A DNA stretch of 64,000 nt from Octopus sinensis (Eukaryota): contig NC_043019.1 of assembly GCF_006345805.1 (NCBI RefSeq), positions 12,089,360 to 12,153,359 on the forward strand, in the 5' to 3' direction. How positions within the stretch are numbered: position 1 is the stretch's first letter; the number at the start of each line of letters is the position of its first letter. The notes under the pieces were generated by a model, which saw only the letters and a program-made list of their open reading frames with translations, was not told the origin of the DNA and ran no database searches. A program made the position numbers and the translations under genes. Positions 12,824-24,339 of the stretch are shown in pieces.

Positions 12824-12860
<37 letters not shown>

Positions 12861-12891
12861 TGAATAAATGTTTAAAATCTGGAAGACTCAC

Positions 12892-13025
12892 ATCTCCAAT
12901 CTTCAATCTTTTGCCGAGTAACGAAGCTTGGAGTCCAAAGTCCTCTAATTTAGAAAACAGAGTCTTGTTATTTTCAATATCACTAACATCAAATGTCGGA
13001 AACTCCCAAAGACCTGCTAACAGAC
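12892..13025 (-). CDS. MUTYH: MUTYH coding exon 13 ((G)[44 protein letters not shown]), NUDIX-like domain
   Basis: ttgcag|GT...GAT|gtgagt, 134 nt. [10 protein letters not shown] motif. Confidence 0.95.
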
Positions 13026-13359
13026 CTGCAAGTACAAATATACAGCAATAAGATATACATACATATATATATTTCTTTACTGCCCACAAGGGGCTAAACA
13101 TAGAGGGGACAAACAAGGACAGACAAAGGGATTAAGCCGATTGCATCGACCCCAGTGCAAAACTGGTACTTTATTTATCGACACCGAAAGGACAAAAGGC
13201 AAAGTTGACCTGAATTTGAACTCAGAACGTAACGGCAGACAAAATACCACAAAGCATTTCGCCCGGCGTGCTAACGTTTCTGCCAGCTCGCCGCCTTATA
13301 TACATACATATATGCTTACGTACACTGATATATATCTAATGCATTGAGCAGAATATGCC

Positions 13360-13640
13360 TAAATATGTAATGTTCATAGACTTCACAAAAGCTTTTGACA
13401 CAGTATCCTGTGATGGACTTTGGGTGGCTTTTAAGAACCATGGATGTCTTTGAAGGTTTATCAACTTGGCCAGGCCTGTGTATGAAGGAATGAAGGCTTT
13501 TGTAATATAAGGTAGCAATACCTAAAGTGAGTTTGTGGTAACAAATGGTGTTAAACAAGGGTATGTACATGTTCCAGCACTGTTCTCCTTCTATCTTGCA
13601 GCAGTTTTGGAAGTTGCTTTTCAGGGAGTTTGAAGGGGAA
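13360..13640 (+). mobile_element. RTE/BovB-like LINE reverse transcriptase fragment
   Basis: Hand translation IDFTKAFDTVSCDGLWVAF...FVVTNGVKQGYVHVPALFSFYL with stops. Confidence 0.8.
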
Positions 13641-13684
13641 TTCTGCCAGCACCCACCACCACCACCACAAACAACAACAATAAA

Positions 13685-13719
<35 letters not shown>

Positions 13720-13999
13720 TAATAATAATAATCCTTTCTACTAAAGGCACAAGGCCTGAAATGTTGTGGGAGAGAACTAGTGAATTACATCAACCCCAGT
13801 GTTTTACTGGTACTTAATTTATCGACCCTGGAAGGACAAATGGCAAAGTTGGCCTTGGCGGAATTTGAACTCAGAACACAGTGACAGGTGAAATACCGCT
13901 AAGCATTTTGTCCAGTGAGCTAACAATTCTGCCAGCTTGCTACCTCAACAACAACAACGACAATAATGATAATGATAATAATATGAATGCGATAGTCAC

Positions 14000-14130
14000 C
14001 AGTTTTTGGACGCTGATTCATCAGAAACTCGGGTCCTTCAGCACTATTCCGGCGGATGATAAATACAGCAGATGTCTGTTCCCTTGGTGGCTTTTTCTTT
14101 GATTTCCGAGGGAAATTGGTCACACCAAGG
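14000..14130 (-). CDS. MUTYH: MUTYH coding exon 12 ((S)LGVTNFPRKSKKKPPREQTSAVFIIRRNSAEGPEFLMNQRPKT + 1 nt)
   Basis: acttag|C...ACT G|gtgact, 131 nt. Human [22 protein letters not shown]...LLVQRPNS. Confidence 0.94.
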
Positions 14131-14149
14131 CTAAGTTAAAGGAAATAAA

Positions 14150-14560
14150 ATAATGGGTGAGATAGGCAGACAGACTAGGATAAGTAGATATATTTATTAA
14201 GACAAGCAGGTGGATGAGGACAGGAAGATGGATTAGGACAGACAAATGGATTAGGATAAGTAGATGGATTAGGACAGGCAGACAGATCAGGACAGACAAA
14301 TGGATTAGGATAGGTAGATGGATTAGGACAGGCAGACAGATCAGGACACACAAATGGATTAGGATAGGCAGATGGATTAAGACAGACAAAGGATTATTGA
14401 GACAAATAGATGAATTAGGAAAGGCAGACAGATTAAGATGCATAGCTGGATTAGGACAAGCAGATGGATTAAGTCATGCAGAGATAGATTAGGACAGGCA
14501 GAGATGGATTAGACAGGCAAAGGTGGATTAGAACAGATAGAGATGGATCAGTAAGTTTGG
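14150..14560. repeat. Purine-rich minisatellite, ~18-nt period (GATGGATTAGGACAGRCA)
   Basis: The 6-aa periodicity of the spurious ORFs (IRTGRW/IRTDKW) reflects the 18-nt unit; more than 15 degenerate units. Confidence 0.9.
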
Positions 14561-14765
14561 GGGAGGAGTTAAGAAAAATTAACTCCAAAAGGAGGAGAGG
14601 CAAAGTTGACCATGGCAGAATTTGAACTCAGAAAGTGAAGACCGCTAAGCATTTTGTCTGGTGTGCTAACGTTTCAGCCACCTTGCCGCCCTATTTAACA
14701 TTAATAATATTAAAAGATGATGTTAATGGAGTTGGTGAAATGGTTAAAAAAAAACCCTAACAAAC

Positions 14766-14817
14766 CTGCTCTCCCAAGGTTGTGAGGAAGGAAGACAAAG
14801 GTGGCAGTCTTGGGCAA
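14766..14817 (-). CDS. MUTYH: MUTYH coding exon 11 ((V)AQDCHLCLPSSQPWES + 2 nt)
   Basis: ccacag|TT...AG|gtttgt, 52 nt. Human GQCHLCLPPSEPWDQ with two Zn-linchpin Cys. Confidence 0.92.
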
Positions 14818-15158
14818 CTGTGGGAGGAGAGAGAGAGAGGGAGAGAAATATCTTATTAAATTGTGGGAGAAAAACAAAATGAGGGGTAAAAAAAAACAAC
14901 AGAAAATAAACAAGAATAATAATTATAATAATGATGGCCACTTTGTGGTTAATCAGCCTACTAGAAATAGCAGCTAAATTTCTTCAAATCACAGCTGACT
15001 GTCTTAAAAAAAAATGGTCACAATAGATAAAGCAATTCTAGATATACAACAAAAATTAACACACACATACACAAATATATATATACATATATACATTCAA
15101 AATGTGACCGCGTGTGTACTGTTGGCGATTTTTTTTCCTTTGTCTTCCCTTCTCCTAT

Positions 15159-15193
15159 GTTTCCGACAAAGAGCTCCGCTCGAAACGTTAAAC
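15159..15193 (+). ncRNA. Degenerate Penelope-type minimal hammerhead motif
   Basis: GTTT-CCGACAA-A-GAGC(tcc)GCTC-GAAA-CGT-T-AAAC; two core substitutions from CUGACGA. Homologues at 18789-18824(-) and 44948-44983(+). Confidence 0.6.
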
Positions 15194-16132
15194 CCTCCTT
15201 CTTTCCTGAGCGTCCAATAATACTATATTTGTTCCATGTCCTAGTGTTGTGTTTTTTTGTGCTTTCTTGTTTGGATTAACTTTAACTATACATATATACG
15301 ACAGGTTTTTTTCAGTTTCTGTCTACCAAATCCACTCACAAGGCTTTGGTCGGCACAAGGCTATAGTAGAAGACACTTGGCCAAGGTGCCATGCAGTGGG
15401 ACTGAAACTGGAACCATGTGGTTGGTAAGCAAGCTACTTACCACACAGCCACTCCTATGAAATTAACATGCATGTGGTTGAGACTCCAGAGATACGCGTA
15501 ACCCTCAGCATAGTTCTCCAGGAGACACAGCAGGACATGGCTGGCTCTTTGAATTACAGGTACAACTGAACTTTGCCAGCTGAGTGGACTGGAGCAATGT
15601 GAAATAAAGTGTCTTGCTTAAGGACACAACGTCTCACCAGGAATTAAATTCCAGTGCCGGTGGCATGTAAGAGAACCATCTGAAATTGGCCGTTGCCAGC
15701 GTCGCCCCGACTGGCCTCCGTGCCGGTGGCATGTAAAAAGCACCATCCGATTGTGGCTGTTGCCAAGCACTATCCGATTGTGGCCGTTGCAAGCCTCATC
15801 TGGCACGTAAAAAGCACCATCTGATCGTGACTGTTTGCCAGCCTCGCCTGGCACCTGTGCAGGTGGCACATAAAAAGCACCCACTACACTCTCGGAGTGG
15901 TTGGCATTAGGAAGGGCATCCAGCCATAGAAAACCATGCCAGATCAGACTGGCTTCCCAGACTCCGGTCAAACTGTCCAACCCATGCTAGCATGGAAAAC
16001 GGACGTTAAACGATGATTATGATGATGGATGATGTACAATTGTGTGCTGAATACGCACCCACCCAAAACATCTGAATACGAACAACCCAGCAACTATCCC
16101 AACACTTTAGTTATTAGTAAAGGGCCACATAC

Positions 16133-16211
16133 CACATTCAATGTCCACAACATCGTCTTTCTTGGTTCGTCGAAGCAGGGTATTGCCAGCTAATTGCTCA
16201 TTTTTCATCTT
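16133..16211 (-). CDS. MUTYH: MUTYH coding exon 10 (KMKNEQLAGNTLLRRTKKDDVVDIEC + 1 nt), interdomain connector
   Basis: tttcag|AAG...TGT G|gtatgt, 79 nt. Ends DIEC like human DVEEC (Zn ligand); phases fit. Confidence 0.88.
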
Positions 16212-16969
16212 CTGAAAACAACAAAATAAAATTAAAATATGAAAAGAAGTGAGGTGCAGGTGTGGCTGTGTGGTAAGATGTTTGCTTTCCAACCACATAG
16301 TTTTGGGTTCAGTCTCACTGTATGGCATGTTGGACTGGACAAAGCCTCAAGTGGATTTGATAGATGGGAAACGAAAGAAGAGCATTGTGTGGCTCTGTGT
16401 GAGTGTGTACAGTTAGATGTATGACTACTACTACTACTATATGAGAGCACCATATAGATTATCATTATCTTGTCTGCTTCTGGTATGGTAGTTAGATGAC
16501 TGTATGGGGTAGTAGTAGTAGTAGTAATAATAATAATAATGAAATTATTGTATACAGTGCTCAGGTGCACCACAACTTGTCAAAAGTGCGTATAAGGCAT
16601 ATGCAGTAATGTACAAATGTCTGGGAAGCGAACAGTGTATGAGTCAGATACATGCTTGCGTGTGTGTATGGAGGGGAGAAAATCAGGTGTAGTGTTGGCG
16701 AATCTCAGGAAGCATGGAAGTTTTGAAGGATGCAGTGCTCCGACAACTAACAACTGATGCCGGCAGTTTGTTCCATGCTTCAGCAACACTTAGCGTGAAA
16801 AAATGTTTCCGAAAGTCATGGGAGCTGTGCTGTTTTCTGACTTTGTAAACATGTCCACGGGTGTTAGACGGGTGGAGTTTGAAAAGGTGCTCAGAGTTAT
16901 TGTTTCTAAGATGGTTTACTAGTTATGATATACAGAACAAATGTAAGGAAAAATTAAGATAAACACTAG

Positions 16970-17198
16970 TATGAGGGGCTACTGAAAAGTTCTTGGCCTT
17001 GGGTATAAGAAAATACAGGAGGATTAATTAATTATGATTTTACTCAACATATTCCCTTCTCAGATTCACACACTTATTGCAGCAGCCCTTCATTCTTTCT
17101 AAGTCCTGTAAAAGAACTCGGAAGGGTAGCCCCCCACCCTCCCAACCAGGCATTTTGTGATACTCTTAAAGCCAGGAACTTTTCCGAACCCCCTCATA
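16970..17198. mobile_element. Mariner-derived MITE
   Basis: TATGAGGGGCTACTGAAAAGTTCTTGGC...GCCAGGAACTTTTCCGAACCCCCTCATA termini with TA ends; related copy at about 8492-8694. Confidence 0.8.
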
Positions 17199-17583
17199 CA
17201 ATATTTGGATAATAATAACAATCATAATAATCATATCTATTATAGGCACAAGGCCTAAATTTTTTTTTGGGGGGGGGCACTAGTCAATTACATCAACCCC
17301 AGCACATTATTTATGTTATTTACAATTGACGGATCAACCCCAGTGTTTCACTGGTACTTAATTTACTGACCCCAGTGGAATTTGAACTCAGAACGTAAAG
17401 ACAGATGAAATACCGCTAAGCATGCTAACAATTCTGCCACTCACTGCCTCCTCCTCCTCCTTCTTCTTCTATTCATCATCATCATCATAACCATCATCAC
17501 CACCATCACCACCAACACTATCATCATCATCATCATAATAATAATAATATTAAAGTTGTTGTAAAGAAAAGGAAGCTGTTTAC

Positions 17584-17728
17584 CATTTTGTATGCATGAC
17601 AGATATTCTGGAGTGGACAGGAGGAGCAAGCTGGAGATTTTGGGGTGCACACTGTGGCCCCTAGCTCCATGATGCCTTGGTTAAAGTCACCAGGTTGATC
17701 AGGAGATACAAGTTTATCAGATAATTGC
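17584..17728 (-). CDS. MUTYH: MUTYH coding exon 9 ((W)QLSDKLVSPDQPGDFNQGIMELGATVCTPKSPACSSCPLQNICHAYKM), [4Fe-4S] loop
   Basis: ttttag|G...ATG|gtaaac, 145 nt. PGDFNQ-xxMELGA and C-x6-C-x2-C-x5-C. Absent from the ORF track; found by hand translation. Confidence 0.96.
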
Positions 17729-17819
17729 CTAAAATTAAGAAAAAATATATTAAAAAAAAATGAAAAGAAACTTCACAAGCAGGCATGGCTGGGTGGTTAA
17801 GAAGTCCAACTCACAACTA

Positions 17820-18300
17820 CATGGTTTGTTGACTATCGTCAAAAGTGCCATACCATCAATGGAGAATATTATGCCATCTTGCAGAGACAGTTACAAAAGG
17901 CTATCAAGGCCAAACGTCCAGGAAAACTAATGAAAGAGGTCTTGTTTCATTAGAACACTGCTCCAGCACATGAGTCCTTGGTTTCAATGGTGTTTGTATG
18001 TGACTGTGGCTTTGAACTGGTTGATCACCCTCTCTGTTCTCCTGATTTGGCCCCATCTAACTATCATCTGTTCCCCCAACATGAAAAAAATCACTTGGCT
18101 GGGAATCAGTATTGCAGTGATGAGGATGTCATATCTGCTGTTGATGGCTTTTTTGACCAACAGCAATGGGATTCAAGCCCTTTGCAACGCCAATGTAAAA
18201 TGTTTATGGACTGCAAGAGAGACCACGTTGAAAAATAAACCTCATTTAGTTACATTCCATGAGAGTATCTTGGCCAGTCTATGAACTCTTCAGCTAACCC
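17820..18300 (+). mobile_element. Mariner transposase pseudogene, C-terminal part plus right TIR
   Basis: VDY...TINGEYYA...KRPGKLMKEVLFH*NTAPAH...HPLCSPDLAPSNYHLFP is a degenerate mariner YSPDLAPSD motif with stops and frameshifts. Confidence 0.88.
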
Positions 18301-18323
18301 TTTTGTGTATGTGTGTGTGTGTA

Positions 18324-18364
<41 letters not shown>

Positions 18365-18665
18365 GTCAAAATAAGGGTGAAAAAACTGGATATTAATTTA
18401 ATAACACCAATTTAAACACCAAGTGGCCTAGCGTATAAAAGACTGAGATTCAGTAAATATTATTAATACACAACTATAAGAGAGAATCCACTATGTGGAC
18501 GCTCTTACACTAGATATAGATCCGCAAAGGGAATACACCACTAAGAATTGTTCTCAAGAAATAATTCAACACACCAAGAACGTAAGCGTGGTGGATTCCT
18601 TTGCAGATCTATATCTAGCATAAGAGCGTCCACATAGTGGATTCTCTCTTATAGTTGTGTATTAT

Positions 18666-18699
<34 letters not shown>

Positions 18700-18853
18700 G
18701 GGAGAATTCACGAAAAAACAAAAGACGAAGACAGGTGGTGTAGACAACAAACAGATGTATTAGTATAACGCTCAGGAACTGAAAAAGTCTTTAACATTTC
18801 GAGCTTAGGCTCTTCCACAGAAAGGAACACAGAAAGAAACAAGGCGAGATTAA

Positions 18854-19053
18854 GAGGAATGACCACTAAAGTGGGCACCTAATATATTAATAATAAAGGT
18901 CAAATTGCCATTATAACTAAGAGTCTGTTCTCAAGAAAAATCTCATTTTTGCATTTTTGTGTTTTACTGAGATTTTTCTTGAGAACACACTCTTCATGGC
19001 AATTTGATGTCTATGTTTAGCATATTAGGTGTTCAATTTAGTGGTCATTCCTC
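18854..19053. mobile_element. TTAA-flanked palindromic MITE (Kolobok- or piggyBac-type target)
   Basis: TTAA|GAGGAATGACCACTAAA...TTTAGTGGTCATTCCTC|TTAA; almost the whole 200 bp is self-complementary. Confidence 0.8.
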
Positions 19054-19129
19054 TTAATTTTGTATGTAACATAGTTTTTAATTGATTAATATCAATTTTT
19101 ACCCTAATTATTTAATTATATATACATAC

Positions 19130-19183
<54 letters not shown>

Positions 19184-19553
19184 TGTTGTGTCTGGGGAGA
19201 GTCATTTTCTTTTTGTGCCTTATATGTAACACACTCACCGGTAAAATTTCCACTATTTTTCTTATTTTTATTTTCCTAAATATTATTTATTTTATATGAG
19301 TCAAAACTATTGTAAAGGTTGCAAGACGCAACGAAAATTTTAGGAAAATAAAAATAAGAAAAAAGTGGAAATTTTACCGGCGAGTGTGTTACATTATAAG
19401 GCACTAAAAGAAAATGATTCTCTCCAGACACAACAGAATATGCTTCAACACACGAACTCATATAAAGAATATTGCAAACCAAATCCAAAAACGAAATATA
19501 TAGATATATATATATATGGAGTGAGAGAGAGTGAACTTAATAATGCCACATAC

Positions 19554-19651
19554 CAGAACGTGTCGACCACCTGAGGGTCATCACTGTTAGCTCCAATTGC
19601 ACGTAATCGACTTAGTACCCTCACCACATTGCCATCAACAACCCCGACAGG
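19554..19651 (-). CDS. MUTYH: MUTYH coding exon 8 (PVGVVDGNVVRVLSRLRAIGANSDDPQVVDTF(W)), catalytic Asp
   Basis: tgtcag|CCT...TG|gtatgt, 98 nt. VVDGNV motif. Confidence 0.96.
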
Positions 19652-21059
19652 CTGACAATAGAGAAAAAAGAAAAACAAACGCATAATAAACTGAAATAAA
19701 AACGAAACATAAAAAAGTTTAATAAAACACACATAGGCACAGGAGTGGCTGTGTGGTAAGTAGCTTGCTTACCAACCACCTGGTTCCGGGTTCAGTCCCA
19801 CTGCGTGGCACCTTGGGCAAGTGTCTTCTACTATAGCCTTGGGCCGACCAAAGCCTTGTGAGTGGATTTGGTTGATGGAAACTGAAAGAAGCCCGTCGTA
19901 TATATGTATATATATATATATATGTTTGTGTGTCTGTGTTTGTTCCTCCAACATCGCTTGACAACCGATGCTGGTGTGTTTACGTCCCCGTAACTTAGCG
20001 GTTCAGCAAAAGAGACCGATAGAATAAGAACTAGGCTTACAAAGAATAAGTCCTGGAGCCGATTTGCTCGACTAAACGTGGTGCTCCAGCATGGCCGCAG
20101 TCAAATGACTGAAACAAGTAAAAGAGTAAAAGAGAGTAAAGAGTATAGGCATACCGTAAAGACACATTGCTTTAACCCTCTTGATACCAACCAGCCTTAG
20201 ATTGGTTCTGGTTCTGTAATACAACCTTCTTGTTTTTATCCATTACTATTTAATCTGGCCCAAATGTTCTACCAGTTTGATTTAAAAACTAACCAGAGCC
20301 AACCTCTCACACCTATCCTACAATGCCATTATAAAGATATACAAAAACATCATTAAAATCTTGAAGCTACAAAAATGAAGTGTGATTAATTCAAAAGGGC
20401 CTCATGTGGTGATGACAAGTGGCTGAGACCTTTGGTAATATGCGGTGCTTGAGAAGACTTGACAAGCCAAGTGAAATCAATAGTCATGGCCCTTACCAGT
20501 GTCATGTGAAAGGCACCTGTGCTGGTGGCACATCTGAGACCCGCTTCGGTCACGACACAGACCATGGGATTGAACCTAGAAAGTTACCCTCCCAGGCACA
20601 AGTCCAGCCAAGGTTGTTTATGGAAGACCAGTAGTCACCCATGCATACCAGCCTCCCCTCTCCATGCAACCAGTGTTTTCCAAATTCAGAAAGGAACATT
20701 CCATGTATTTATCCTGTAGTATTTGAACCAGCCATATCCAACCCAATTATTCTACCTGTTTTATGTTCAAACTGACCATCGGTTATCGAATTCCGCTAAG
20801 GTTGACTTTGCCTTTCATCCTTTTGTGGTCGATAAATTAAGTACCAGTTGCATACTGGGGTTTATCTAATCGACCACCCCCACCCCACCAAATTTTGGGC
20901 CTTGTGCCTAGAGTAGAAAAGAATTTAAAAAAAAGATACAAAAATGAAGAATAAAATAAAACAATTTAAAAAAAAATTCAATCACAATGCAGTGCTCCAG
21001 CATGGCTCTGTCGAGTAACAGCTCCAACAAACTGAAGCGCTAGCTGTTCCTAGACTTAC

Positions 21060-21173
21060 CTCCTTGAATGAAATAGAAGCAACAGCTGAGGCAGTGTACC
21101 TTCCAACACCAGGCAAATGTTGGTGCAAGTCTGTGGCTGACCTTGGTATCTGTCCCTTCAGTTTATGCATCAC
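21060..21173 (-). CDS. MUTYH: MUTYH coding exon 7 ([38 protein letters not shown]), HhH motif
   Basis: (ca)n-ctag|GTG...GAG|gtaagt, 114 nt. LPGVGRYTA HhH motif. Confidence 0.95.
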
Positions 21174-21213
<40 letters not shown>

Positions 21214-21740
21214 TGTGGTGTGTGTGTGGTGTGTGTGTGTGTGCGCATATGTATGTGTTAGGTTGGTGCATATATGTTTGTGTGTGCATTGGATGAGAAC
21301 ATGCACAACACACATATAAATAAAGTATATATTATAGTAGATATACGTGCAGTGTATATATATAGAGTTTATAGTATATATATATATAGAGTTTATAAAT
21401 ATATATATATATAGTTTATAAATATATATTTTATACATTATATATATATATATAAGGGATTGTATATATGTACCAATGTCATGTGCGTATATATATATAT
21501 AAATATAGTTTATAAATATATATTTTATACATTATATATATGAGAGATTGTATATATGTACCAATGTCATGTGTGTGTGTGTGTGTGCATATATATATAT
21601 ACGTGTGTGTGTATAAGTATGTATAAGTGTGTGAGTGTATATGTATGTATATGTGTGTGTGTATGTATAGATATATGCATTGGTTTGTGTGTGATGTGAG
21701 TGTTTATTAGTATGGATTTATGTAAATGTGATGAGTAAGC

Positions 21741-21781
<41 letters not shown>

Positions 21782-24267
21782 AGGATAAAAGAGAAAAAAC
21801 AAAGAAGTCACTGAACCAGTTTGAATTAGTGATTATTGCACGTGCTAATTATTAATTTATGCCGGAAATCTTGGTAATTAATAAATTTGTAATTATACGC
21901 ACAGATAGCATGAAACATTTTATTTGTAAGTTATGACAAAGAATTTTGAAGTATGATAAAGATATCAATTATGAAGTAGGAAATAATCTTAATTAAAAAA
22001 CATGAAATAAATGAATTAAGGAAGAGGAAATAATTATATATCTTTTATCTTTTTACTTGTTTCAGTCATTAGGCTGTGGCCATGCTGGGGCACCGCCTTG
22101 AGGAATCTTTAGTGAAATGAATTGATCTCATCGCTTATTATTTTGTTTTAAGCTTGTACTTATTCTTATTCTATTGGTCCCTTTTACTGAACTGTTAAGT
22201 AATGGTAGTGGAGGACAAACACACACACACACACACACATACGATAGGCTTCTTTCAGTTTCTTATTTCTTTATTGCCGACAAGGGGCTAAACATAGAGG
22301 GGACAACCAAGGACAGACAAAGGGATTAAGTCGATTACATCGACCCCAGTGCGTAACTAGTACTTAATTTATCGATCCCGAAAGGATGAAAGGCAAAGTC
22401 GACCTCGGCGGAATTTGAACTCAGAACGTAAAGACAGACGAAATACTGCTAAGCATTTCACCCGTGTGCTAACGTTTCTTCCAGCTTGCAACCTCTGTCA
22501 GTTTCTGTCTACCAATTCCACAGAATCGGCTTCTTTCAGTTTCTGTCAACCAATTCCACAGACAAGGCTTCAGGTGGCTTGAGTCTATAGTAGAAGAGAA
22601 TTACCCAAGGTGCAGTGGGATTGAACCCTGAACCATGTGGTTAGGAAGTAAGCTTCTTACCACACAGCCATGCCCTGTGTTTATAGACACAGACATGGCT
22701 ATCATCATCATCATCATCGTTTAACGTCTGCTTTCCATGCTAGCATGGGTTGGACGATTTGACTGATGACTGGCAAACCAGACGGCTGCACCAGGCTCCA
22801 ATCTGATCTGGTAGAGTTTCTACAGCTGGATGCCCTTCCTAAAGCCAACCACTCTGAGAGTGTAGTGGGTGCTTTTATGTGTCAGTCATGTGGTATTGGC
22901 AACAGCCACGCTCAAATGGTGTTTTTTATGTGCCACCTGCACAGGAGCCAGTCCAGCGGCACTGGCAATGACCTCGCTCGAATGTTTTGTCAAGTGCCAG
23001 TAAGGCGACGCAGGTAACGATCATGCTCGAATGGTGCTTTTTATGTACCACTGCCATGAAAGCCAGTTAGCTGCTCGGGCAGCAATCACGCTTGGATGGT
23101 GCTCTTGGCGCTCCACTAGCACGGATGCCAGTCATAGGAAATAATTATATCTGCATTATTTGGGGCAATTTATATCTCGATAAATGAAGCTTTTTGTTTT
23201 TCCATTTGGTGCATAGATTTTAATCACTTCCTATGCTTGTGACAGAGTGAAAAGGGATCTTCAATGATTAAACCACAACTGAAAATGTTTGCCCTTGCAA
23301 TTTGGTGATGGTCATGGCAAGACTAAGACTCACTGGGAATTGAAGTCATTTGGACTGAAATGGGACACTGTCTCTTGAGTCTATGCGACGGGGGGCTCTT
23401 GTGCACTGATAATCTAATCCAGTGGTTCTCAACCAATTTTTACCTGTAGACCCCTTTCATCATCATCATTGTTTAACGTCCGTTTTCCATGCTAGCATGG
23501 GTTGGACAGTTCAACTGGGGTCTGGGAAGCCCGAAGGCTGCGCCAGGCCCAGTCTGATCTGGCAGTGTTTCTACAGCTGGATGCCCTTCCTAATGCCAAC
23601 CACTCCGTGAGTGTAGTGGGTGCTTTTTATGAGCCACCTGCACAGGTGCCAGACGAGGCTGGCAAACGGCCACGATCGGATGGTGCTTTTTACATGCCAC
23701 CGGCACGGGGCCAGACGAGGCTGGCAAACGGCCACAATCGGATGGTGCTTTTTACGTGCCACACAAGGCTGGCAATGGCCACAATCGGATGGTACATTTT
23801 ATGTGCCACCGGCACGGAGGCCAGTCAGGGTGGGGCTGGCAACGGCCATGTTCGGATGGTTCTCTTACGTGCCATCAGCACTGGTATCACAGCTACTATT
23901 ATTTTATTCTGGTGAATCCCCATAGTTTTAAAAAAATGAGCCTTAGGGTCAACTTGTTCAACTAAAGCTTTCAAGGTAGTGCCCCAGTATGGCCGCAGTC
24001 CAATGACTGAAACAAGTAAAACAAGAAACAGAAGACAAAACAAAGAGAAAGTAGTTATGAATGAGAGTTGATTATCTTATTGACTTCCTCATCAAGGTGA
24101 CAAGCTCAGTCCCCCATGGTGGGGCATTGAGCTCGTCACCTTAATGAGGCAACCAGTGAAACCAAAAAAAATCTGGTCAATGATAGGTAATATACCCACA
24201 GGATCTAACCCAACCCCATTAGATTTTAAGAAAAAATTTTAAAATTCTGAAGTAATTATAGGTGTAC

Positions 24268-24339
24268 CTTATTAGCTGCCTCATGAAGTCGACGAGCTCG
24301 GGAGTAATATCCCAGACCTGACCACACTTGGTTGACTTC
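24268..24339 (-). CDS. MUTYH: MUTYH coding exon 6 ([24 protein letters not shown])
   Basis: ttgcag|GAA...AAG|gtacac, 72 nt. Pseudo-HhH GLGYYSR motif. Confidence 0.96.

Noticed and set aside
12636-13051. Poly-CV/HT ORFs, and similar ones at 32482-33023, 53359-53668 and 59150-59568
   Set aside because: Dinucleotide and tetranucleotide microsatellites. Only 12892-13025 of the overlapping minus ORF is real (a MUTYH exon).
22900-23130. Regularly spaced repeats superficially like a CRISPR array
   Set aside because: Eukaryotic context, degenerate units without unique spacers, no cas genes; these are internal modules of family C.
23502-23915. Recurrent ORFs with FLQLDALPNANH...VVGAFY
   Set aside because: Translations of retroposon family C; no splice or codon evidence.
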